A DNA stretch of 44,535 nt from positions 1-44,535 of the forward strand of contig CAYHDV010000005.1 of NCBI GenBank assembly GCA_964355515.1, given 5' to 3'. Of the stretch, positions 9,119-16,467 are shown one piece after another (the stretch's first letter is position 1; each line of letters opens with the position of its first letter). The notes under the pieces were generated by a model. It saw only the letters and a program-made list of their open reading frames with translations. It was not told the DNA's origin and did not search any database. Both the position numbers and the translations under genes were made by a program. Source of the stretch: an uncultured Candidatus Saccharibacteria bacterium (lineage in GTDB: Bacteria > Patescibacteriota > Minisyncoccia > Phycocordibacterales > CSBR16-119).

Positions 9119-10819
9119 ATGAAAAAGAAACAATACTACACACGTCTTCATATTATTTCTTTTTGCATTATGTTTTTTGCTTTGTGTATTATTGGTAAAC
9201 TTTTTTTATTGCAAGTCGTCCAAGGTGAAAAGTACAAAGAGAGAGCAGAGAGGTCATACATCCAAGCTGTCGACACCTTCGAGCGTGGGACTATTTTTTT
9301 TACAAAAAGAAATGGGGACAAGATATCTGCTGCCACAGTAACAACTGGTTTTAGAATTGTCATGAACACAGATTTGATAGGATCCCCAGATACTCTCTAT
9401 GAGAAAATAAATCCAATCTTAAATATAGATAGAGATGAATTTATAAAAAAAGCTTCAAAAATAAATGACCCATACGAAATAATCGCTGAAAAGATAACAA
9501 AAAATATTGCAGACAAAGTAGGTGAGATGGATCTCCCAGGTGTAAGTCTAGAGCGTCAAAAATGGCGATTCTATCCAGGGGGTCAGATGGCCTCTCAGAC
9601 GCTTGGTTTCGTGGCATACAAGGGTGATGAGCGAGTTGGACAGTATGGCTTGGAGAGAAATTTTAATGGTGTTCTATCTCGAAAAGAAGATGAGCTATAT
9701 GTGAACTTTTTTGCAGAAGTATTTTCTGGATTGAAGGCCACATTTTCTGGTGAAAGAGAGGGAGATATTGTGACTACCATAGAACCAAATGTCCAATCAT
9801 TTCTTGAGCATGAATTAAAAAATATTGATGAAAAATGGGGGAGTGAAGCCTCTGGAGGAATTATTCTTAATCCAAAAACAGGAGAGATTCTAGCAATGGC
9901 AAACACTCCAACTTTTGATCTAAACAATTTCTCTACTGAAGGGAATCTTTCATTGTATGCAAATCCTCTGGTTGAAAACATCTATGAGTTTGGTTCGGTT
10001 ATCAAACCTTTGGTAATGGCAATCGGAATTGAAAAAGGTGTAGTGACGGCAGATACCACTTACTATGATTCAGGATTTGTAAATGTTGGAGTGGAAAAAG
10101 TAAGAAACTATGACAAAAAGGGGAGAGGAACAGTTTCTATGCAAGAAGTGCTCAACCAGTCACTAAACACAGGGATGGTTTTTGTAGAACAAAAAATAGG
10201 AAAAGAGGATTTCCGAAAATATATGAAAGAGTATGGTTTCGGAGAAAAGTCTGGTATAGAACTTCCAAATGAAGCGATGGGAATTGTTACAAACTTGGAT
10301 AGCAATCGAGATATAGAGCACGCGACAGCTGCCTTTGGTCAAGGTATCGCCTTTAACCCCATTGTTGCCGCGAGAGCCTTTTCTGCTTTGGCAAATGGTG
10401 GGACTATGATTGAGCCACATCTAATAAAAGAAATTGATTACAAAGATGGAGGCAAAGAAGATATTAAAATCCCAGAAGGAAAAAGAGTGATCACAAAAGA
10501 AGCTTCAGAAGAAGTGAGTCGGATGTTGGTTGAGCTTGTGGACACAGCACTTTTCGCAGGCAGGGAAAAACTAGACAGACACACAATCGCTGGTAAAACA
10601 GGTACTGCAGAAATCGCTGATCCAAACGGGGGATACTTAGAAGGCAAAAACCTTCATACATTTTTCGGATATACTCCTGCATACAATCCTGAGTTTCTTG
10701 TAGTTATTTTCACCCAGGCTCCTCGGGGCGCACTGTATGCTTCAGAAACAGTTGCCCCTGCTTCCATGGAAACAATCAAATTCCTCCTTCAGTATTACGA
10801 AGTACCACCTGATCGGTAA
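9119..10819 (+). CDS. ftsI: Class B PBP, FtsI/PBP3-type
   Basis: ERGTIF, RFYPGG, GQYGLE, GSVIK, SLN and KTGT motifs; dcw cluster position. Confidence 0.88.
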   Translation: MKKKQYYTRLHIISFCIMFFALCIIGKLFLLQVVQGEKYKERAERSYIQAVDTFERGTIFFTKRNGDKISAATVTTGFRIVMNTDLIGSPDTLYEKINPILNIDRDEFIKKASKINDPYEIIAEKITKNIADKVGEMDLPGVSLERQKWRFYPGGQMASQTLGFVAYKGDERVGQYGLERNFNGVLSRKEDELYVNFFAEVFSGLKATFSGEREGDIVTTIEPNVQSFLEHELKNIDEKWGSEASGGIILNPKTGEILAMANTPTFDLNNFSTEGNLSLYANPLVENIYEFGSVIKPLVMAIGIEKGVVTADTTYYDSGFVNVGVEKVRNYDKKGRGTVSMQEVLNQSLNTGMVFVEQKIGKEDFRKYMKEYGFGEKSGIELPNEAMGIVTNLDSNRDIEHATAAFGQGIAFNPIVAARAFSALANGGTMIEPHLIKEIDYKDGGKEDIKIPEGKRVITKEASEEVSRMLVELVDTALFAGREKLDRHTIAGKTGTAEIADPNGGYLEGKNLHTFFGYTPAYNPEFLVVIFTQAPRGALYASETVAPASMETIKFLLQYYEVPPDR

Positions 10820-10868
10820 GATTGACATTTTGTTTTTTTCTGTTAATTTGAAATAAAAAACAGAACAA

Positions 10869-11468
10869 ATGAGAACACATTTTATTGACATGGGGATTGA
10901 ACTCCAAAAGATGCTTGTTTCCTTCCATGACCTTGCAAAATCTGTATCAAACTTTAGGTTTGGCTCACGAATTGACCCACTATCTTTTGTATATGAAGTT
11001 AGTAAAAGGAGTGACTTCCCGGAGCTTATTACAGACAAAAGGATTGGGTTAAATCCTAGGGTTGTTAGTGCTTATTTTGTGGAAGCTCTTTATAAATATC
11101 AGAATATTGAGCTTTTATTAAAAGAAAACTTGTATTCTTCTGGTGGTATGACCTATCTTCAAAATAACAATGATACGGAGTTTAAATGTATTAATTGTCG
11201 AAATTACAATGATGGTGTCAAAAAGCTTTTTGCAGAGATGAAGAAGTCATACATCTTTCTCAGGCAACCTAGTGTTAAACAAGTGGGTTCTGGGATGACT
11301 CTAACTTATCCAATAAAGGTTTTTGTTTGGATAGATCAGAAGAAATCTTTTGTCTGCATTGCTGAACAAAAAGACAGAAGTGACAATAGGTTCTATCGAA
11401 CAGAAGGATGGGGAGATTATCTGGACTTTTTTGGTAGAAAAAAAAATAAAACCCTGAAAAGTAAGTAG
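10869..11468 (+). CDS. Hypothetical protein
   Basis: 199-aa ORF with TTGACA upstream (10822) and a terminator downstream. Contains CxxC (CINC) but no family recognised. Confidence 0.65.
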   Translation: MRTHFIDMGIELQKMLVSFHDLAKSVSNFRFGSRIDPLSFVYEVSKRSDFPELITDKRIGLNPRVVSAYFVEALYKYQNIELLLKENLYSSGGMTYLQNNNDTEFKCINCRNYNDGVKKLFAEMKKSYIFLRQPSVKQVGSGMTLTYPIKVFVWIDQKKSFVCIAEQKDRSDNRFYRTEGWGDYLDFFGRKKNKTLKSK

Positions 11469-11469
11469 C

Positions 11470-11498
11470 AAAAAACGAGCCGATTCGGCTCGTTTTTT
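11470..11498 (+). terminator. Rho-independent terminator
   Basis: AAAAAACGAGCCG-ATT-CGGCTCGTTTTTT. Confidence 0.8.
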
Positions 11499-11527
11499 AA
11501 TTGGGATTTACTGGTATAATGAACTTC

Positions 11528-12328
11528 ATGACAAAAATAATAAACTTGTGTTTGTTGCTCGGTATGGCGTCTTTTGGCTGGTTTCCTGTCTTGGCAGAAG
11601 AAGTAGTCACAGTTGTCAAAGAGACTCCAGCTCAGATAGAAGTCATTGTGAGGCAAACATTTGTGGATGAGCCAATCATGATTCATATTGCTAAATGTGA
11701 ATCCACTTTCCGGCAGTATTATGATAGCGGGACAGTTTTCAAGGGCGCAGGGAGGTATGTTGGGATTTTCCAAATAGATGAAATAATCCACAACAGTGCA
11801 GCACAATCTCTAGGATTTGATATTTATACAGTGGAGGGGAATATTGGCTATGCTAATCATATCTTCCAAAACGAGGGATCACGCCCATGGCTAAATTGTT
11901 CTCGGAGCTATGTGTCTGTGGATACTCCAGAAAATCCAGCCACCCCAGAAGAAGACCCGGTGATTGAGACAAATGAAGAAGTATCTTTGGTTCTTGGTTC
12001 TGGAGTATGTCCAGCAGAACTAAGACTTAGCGAAAATCTAAAAGTTACAGATAGAGATGGGAGATACAGCTCATATCAAAAAGGAGAAGTAAGTGAGGTT
12101 GCACTTCTACAAGCTCATATAAATAGAATCCTCGAGAGTAAGTACAATGAGGCCTCAGGCCCAGTTGATGGTATCTTCGGACCACTAACCAAACGCGGGG
12201 TAGAGAGACTTCAAACAGCTCTAAATGAAGTGCTAAAGCCCGCCAAACCTCTTGTGATAGATGGTGTCGTGGGGCCGTATACAAGGGAGGCGGTGAATAA
12301 TTCTTGTGGAGGAGTGGCAGTAAAATAA
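11528..12328 (+). CDS. Secreted lysozyme-fold/transglycosylase-like protein with C-terminal peptidoglycan-binding domain
   Basis: Signal peptide; IAKCES...GIFQI...PW SLT/Rpf-like motifs; DGIFGPLT..V..LQ and IDGVVGPYT PG_binding_1 motifs. Confidence 0.75.
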   Translation: MTKIINLCLLLGMASFGWFPVLAEEVVTVVKETPAQIEVIVRQTFVDEPIMIHIAKCESTFRQYYDSGTVFKGAGRYVGIFQIDEIIHNSAAQSLGFDIYTVEGNIGYANHIFQNEGSRPWLNCSRSYVSVDTPENPATPEEDPVIETNEEVSLVLGSGVCPAELRLSENLKVTDRDGRYSSYQKGEVSEVALLQAHINRILESKYNEASGPVDGIFGPLTKRGVERLQTALNEVLKPAKPLVIDGVVGPYTREAVNNSCGGVAVK

Positions 12329-12334
12329 ATTAAT

Positions 12335-12362
12335 AAAAAACGTCCTCACTGGACGTTTTTTT
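12335..12362. terminator. Bidirectional terminator
   Basis: AAAAAACGTCC-TCACT-GGACGTTTTTT between convergent genes. Confidence 0.8.
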
Positions 12363-12371
12363 GTATACAAT

Positions 12372-12626
12372 TCAAAAATTCTTTTCTTTCTCAAGTATCC
12401 TTCTTTTTGCTTCTGGCCCACCGCGGTTGTATTCTCCGACATTTCCATCACTTTTTACAACTCGATGACAGGGGATAGAGGTGTTGTAATTATTTTTCAT
12501 AAGTGTTCCAACAGCACGAAAAGCCCCCGGACTTCCGGCTTTTGTTGCTACTTCTTTGTAGGAGAGAGTTTGCCCCTTGGGAATATTTTTTACTATTTGA
12601 ATAACTTTTTCTGCAAATTCACTCAT
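12372..12626 (-). CDS. O6-alkylguanine DNA alkyltransferase (MGMT C-terminal domain only)
   Basis: IPKGQTLSY, RAVG and the active-site PCHRV motif. Start moved to MSEFAEK. Confidence 0.9.
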   Translation of the reverse strand: MSEFAEKVIQIVKNIPKGQTLSYKEVATKAGSPGAFRAVGTLMKNNYNTSIPCHRVVKSDGNVGEYNRGGPEAKRRILEKEKNF

Positions 12627-12671
12627 GGTGTATATGGTAACATGGTTGTTAGAGTACACAGCAAAGAATAC

Positions 12672-12703
12672 AAAAAGCGCCTTGGGAAATCCAAGGCGCT
12701 TTT
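12672..12703 (-). terminator. Rho-independent terminator
   Basis: AAAAAGCGCCTTGG-GAAAT-CCAAGGCGCTTTT. Confidence 0.75.
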
Positions 12704-12825
12704 AAATGCAAATTCCTACTTAGCCGCAAGTTCAATTTTTTGAGATTTTTCAAACAGGTCGCTTAAAGTGGCAAGACCCACGAAGAAATAGCTAAATTAA
12801 TATGATCTAGTTAGGGGAACAAAGC

Positions 12826-13215
12826 TTATTCGGCTAGAAATTTTTCTAAAGTATCCTTTGTTGGAGAAATATCATATATTTCCTCAGGAGTGATAATTAT
12901 AAGACCCTTAACGACCCTTTCTGGTAGTATAGATTTTATCCAGACCACAGCTTCATCAAAGTCTTTTCCGGAAGTGATGTAAGAAGCCACTCCCTTTATT
13001 TGATATCCCATCATTTTTCTCCAACATACAAATGCCACACTTGGGTTATTTAATATATTAGATAGGGTTTTATCCATAAAATAGTTTATAAGCCAGATTT
13101 TGCCATCCACTATTTTAATAGAAGAAACTGGTACGACATTTAAATTATTTTTTGAACATGTTGCGATAGCTTTGGATTCAGAAGAAAGTATAAAATTTTC
13201 AATATTTTTTTCCAT
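12826..13215 (-). CDS. Pyridoxamine 5'-phosphate oxidase-like FMN-binding split-barrel protein
   Basis: IATCS..NVVPV, KTLSNILNNPSV, GYQIKG and EEIYDISP patterns. Confidence 0.85.
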   Translation of the reverse strand: MEKNIENFILSSESKAIATCSKNNLNVVPVSSIKIVDGKIWLINYFMDKTLSNILNNPSVAFVCWRKMMGYQIKGVASYITSGKDFDEAVVWIKSILPERVVKGLIIITPEEIYDISPTKDTLEKFLAE

Positions 13216-13240
13216 AGTTTTTACTTGTTGATTATGTTAT

Positions 13241-13282
13241 ATTGATAATGGTCTATATATATTAACATAGATACTCATCTAT
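13241..13282. promoter_or_regulatory. Candidate ArsR operator pair in the divergent intergenic region
   Basis: Perfect ATAGAT-N4-ATCTAT (13267-13282) abutting the ArsR ATG, plus a degenerate copy ATTGAT-N4-GTCTAT (13241-13256). Confidence 0.55.
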
Positions 13283-13681
13283 ATGAAAACAAAAAAAGAC
13301 ACAAAAAAACAGCAGACTGTAAAAGAAAACAAAAGTCAAAAAAAGACATATTCTATACCGAGTTGGGTCCCAGCCTCTTCTATTTCTGAAGAGGAATTAT
13401 GTCCAGATTGTTTCAAAGTTGTTGGTGAAAGAAGTCGTTATAATTTGGTTTGTCTGCTTGGTAAATCAAAAAATGGCCAAACAGTTACAGAATTGACGGA
13501 TAAAATGTCTCTAAAACAGCCTACCATTACTCACCACCTAAAGATGCTTCAATCAGTAAATGCAGTACATGCAAAAGTATCTGGTCGGGAAAAATATTTC
13601 ACCTTGAACCGTAGCGCACACTGCTTTGAGGATTGTAAAATACCTTATAAAAAGGGGCCTAGTGTAGTACATTTGCAATAA
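13283..13681 (+). CDS. ArsR/SmtB family transcriptional regulator, Cys-rich
   Basis: FKVVGERSR...TVTEL...LKQPTITHHLKML...GREKYF HTH motif. Five Cys (CPDC, LVC, CFEDC). Confidence 0.9.
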   Translation: MKTKKDTKKQQTVKENKSQKKTYSIPSWVPASSISEEELCPDCFKVVGERSRYNLVCLLGKSKNGQTVTELTDKMSLKQPTITHHLKMLQSVNAVHAKVSGREKYFTLNRSAHCFEDCKIPYKKGPSVVHLQ

Positions 13682-13682
13682 T

Positions 13683-15779
13683 ATGGACACAGCATCATTA
13701 CACGGCATACTTCTCATCATCCATTTATTTGGGGTAGTTTTGGGTGCTGGAGGCGCATTTATGAGTGACGGCATCTTTTTTACATCACTTAAGGATAAAA
13801 TGCTATCAAAAGACGAGTTCCGCATATTGGGGACCGCTTCTAATTTTATATGGGGAGGGTTATTTCTCCTTGTCATTTCAGGAATCGGACTTTTTGCTCA
13901 GGATGTCGAGGCACTATCTTCCTCTGAAAAGTTCATCTCTAAAATGACAGTTGTTGTGATCATTATTTTAAATGGTATTGTTTTTCATTTGGTCCATCTC
14001 CCGTTCCTAAAAAGACACCTGGATAAAAAATTAGCGTCAAAAGCAGAGCCTTCGTCTGCAAAATTGATACCATTCATTCTTGCAAGCGGAGTCATTTCTG
14101 TTGTTTCTTGGGTATCTGCTGTAATCTTGGGATCATTGCGATCATTTTCCTATTCATACGCTACAGTTTTGTCTGTCTATGCGCTGATTATTGGATTTGG
14201 AATATTCACTACATTACTATTATTCTCCGCTTACATAGATCGGAGGAATAAAAAAATTCTTGGGATGATTGGTGTCGGGATACTTGCCTTGGGAATAACC
14301 ATTGGGCTGATTTCTTTCTATTCACAAAAATCAATTGTTGACAGCAAAAATCCTGTCACAGGGATTAATGCAGAAATATTTGCAATGGAGAATGTTGCAA
14401 AGCACAATAATAGTGAGGATTGTTGGCTTATTATAGATAATAAAGTGTTTGATGCGACACCTGCGTCAAAAGTGCACCCGGCACTGTTTAATTGTGGTAC
14501 TGATGCGAGTGTAAATTATCACAAAAATCATGGGAAAGGTATTAGTGATAAAATGATGGTGTTTTATATAGGAGATCTTGGTGGAAACATTTCATCAAAA
14601 ACCGAAAAAGAAGAAGAAACGAAATCATACACAGAACTTAAACCTAAAAAAGAATTATATGTACCGAGTATGTCTTGGAGCCCTGATGAATTGATGGTGG
14701 TGGTAGAAAAAGACGCAGAAAAACTTCTTTTTATAGATGGAAATACTCATGCTGAAATCGGTCGCATACACGATATAGGATTCCAGCCTCATACATCGGT
14801 ATTTTCTTCTGACAAAAAATATATGTACATTATATCTAGAGATGGATGGCTTAGTAAGATCGATATCACGACGCTTGATCCAATTGTATCTATTCGTGTA
14901 GGTGAAAACTCTCGTGGAACCGCACTTACTGATAATGATAAGTTTTTAGCTGTTGGTAATTATGAACCACATACTCTGGTGATTATAGATACCGAAACAA
15001 TGCGTATTATCGAGACCATTGAAACCTCAGGTGAAATAAAAAATGAAATTATCGGATCTCGTGTTGGTGTTGTCGTGGAATCAGGACAGGATTTTATCAT
15101 CGCACTCAAAGATGCCAGTAGTGTATGGGTCATAGAGCAAGACAGAAACAAAAAATGGATTGTGAAAAATAAATATTCGAACATTGGTAACAACAAAGCA
15201 CCGCTTCACGATGGGTTCCTCACTCCTGATGGAAAATTTTTTGTTGTCGCAGTGCAAGGGGCAAATTCCGTATGGGTATTGGATACAAAAACATGGAAAG
15301 TCGTTGGAGAAGTTCCCACAGGGAAATTGCCACACACTGGACCTGGTGCTGTATGGAAAAATACAATATACATACCGGCTCTCGAGGAGGGACTTATTAC
15401 CGCAATAGATATGAACACATGGAAACCGATCGCAAGTATTAAAACTGGCGGACCAGGACTATTTGTTCGCAGTTATTCAAAAAACCCAGAATACCCCTAT
15501 GTATGGGCAGATACTGCCTTTGGTGATCATAAAGATGAAATCTATGTCATCGATGCCCGTGTAAATAAAATAGTGGAGACATTGATCCCTGTAAAAGGAA
15601 AAAATTCATGGCATCCGGAATTCACCTATGACGGAAAATTTGTGTATGTTGTTTCTCAGGAGGGTGGAGAAGTTACAGTGCATGACGCATATACATTTGA
15701 AGTAGTAAAAAGAATCAAGGCAAATACGCCTTCTGCTGTATCAAATGTTGGTTTACGAATAGAGGAACCTGGGCTTTAG
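13683..15779 (+). CDS. Fusion of multi-TM domain + cytochrome b5-like heme domain + NirS-type cytochrome d1 beta-propeller
   Basis: About six hydrophobic helices. b5 motif VAKHNNSEDCWLIIDNKVFD...HP...GTDAS...H. d1-domain motifs QPHTSVFS..RDG, LHDG, PHTGPGA, GGPGLFVRS and HPEF. No CxxCH. Confidence 0.85.
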   Translation: MDTASLHGILLIIHLFGVVLGAGGAFMSDGIFFTSLKDKMLSKDEFRILGTASNFIWGGLFLLVISGIGLFAQDVEALSSSEKFISKMTVVVIIILNGIVFHLVHLPFLKRHLDKKLASKAEPSSAKLIPFILASGVISVVSWVSAVILGSLRSFSYSYATVLSVYALIIGFGIFTTLLLFSAYIDRRNKKILGMIGVGILALGITIGLISFYSQKSIVDSKNPVTGINAEIFAMENVAKHNNSEDCWLIIDNKVFDATPASKVHPALFNCGTDASVNYHKNHGKGISDKMMVFYIGDLGGNISSKTEKEEETKSYTELKPKKELYVPSMSWSPDELMVVVEKDAEKLLFIDGNTHAEIGRIHDIGFQPHTSVFSSDKKYMYIISRDGWLSKIDITTLDPIVSIRVGENSRGTALTDNDKFLAVGNYEPHTLVIIDTETMRIIETIETSGEIKNEIIGSRVGVVVESGQDFIIALKDASSVWVIEQDRNKKWIVKNKYSNIGNNKAPLHDGFLTPDGKFFVVAVQGANSVWVLDTKTWKVVGEVPTGKLPHTGPGAVWKNTIYIPALEEGLITAIDMNTWKPIASIKTGGPGLFVRSYSKNPEYPYVWADTAFGDHKDEIYVIDARVNKIVETLIPVKGKNSWHPEFTYDGKFVYVVSQEGGEVTVHDAYTFEVVKRIKANTPSAVSNVGLRIEEPGL

Positions 15780-15804
15780 GCAGGATTCTGTGTATAATAA
15801 TGTT

Positions 15805-16455
15805 ATGATATTTTCGGTTCAATCTCGTGATGAAAAATCTTTGGAAAAATTTTATCATAGATCTGTAAAAGAACTCGATGATTTTTTCGGCTTGAATTTG
15901 AAGGAGGATAAACCAAGAATTTTCCTTGTTAAAAATCGAGAATCTATCAATAAACTAATGAGACAAAAAACGCCTGCTTGGGTTGTTGGTTGGGTTAACA
16001 ATACAGACATTTTTATTTTAGACAAGAATACCTATGAAAAAGAGAGTTCTCATACATATTCTGATGTCGAATATTCTCACCTAATGAAACATGAGTTGGT
16101 TCATGTATTTACCAAGGTGTATTCAGGAATTTTTAACAAATCCATCGAGCCTGATTGGCTCTGGGAAGGTTTGGCAACATATTTGTCTGGTCAAAATAAA
16201 ATCGAAAAAAACCAAGGCCAGTTGAAGGAATTTTTACAACACTACTCTCGGGTTAACAAAAACCTAAGCATTTTTTACAAAGAATCTGGTCTCGCGGTTG
16301 AATTTCTAGTTAAAAATTTTGGAAAACAAAAACTATTGAAATTAATAAAATCTTTCAAGGATATAAACTCCGAAATGGAATTTGTCATATGGTTTGAAAA
16401 AATTTATGGTTTTAAATTGAACTATAAAAATTTTCAAAAACCTTTTAAAAAATAA
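15805..16455 (+). CDS. Gluzincin-like (peptidase MA-like) metalloprotein
   Basis: HELVH plus downstream PDWLWEGLATYLS. TATAAT at 15793-15798 precedes ATG 15805. Confidence 0.75.
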   Translation: MIFSVQSRDEKSLEKFYHRSVKELDDFFGLNLKEDKPRIFLVKNRESINKLMRQKTPAWVVGWVNNTDIFILDKNTYEKESSHTYSDVEYSHLMKHELVHVFTKVYSGIFNKSIEPDWLWEGLATYLSGQNKIEKNQGQLKEFLQHYSRVNKNLSIFYKESGLAVEFLVKNFGKQKLLKLIKSFKDINSEMEFVIWFEKIYGFKLNYKNFQKPFKK

Positions 16456-16467
16456 TCACCAATCTTT

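Noticed and set aside
12704-12790. tmRNA-like tag on the minus strand (…KKSQKIELAAK*)
   Set aside because: It ends LAAK rather than LAA-stop, and I see no tRNA-like ends or room for the pseudoknots.
13683-15779. Labelling the fusion as canonical nirS
   Set aside because: It lacks the CxxCH cytochrome c domain and adjacent heme d1 biosynthesis genes. Function is unproven, so no gene symbol is given.
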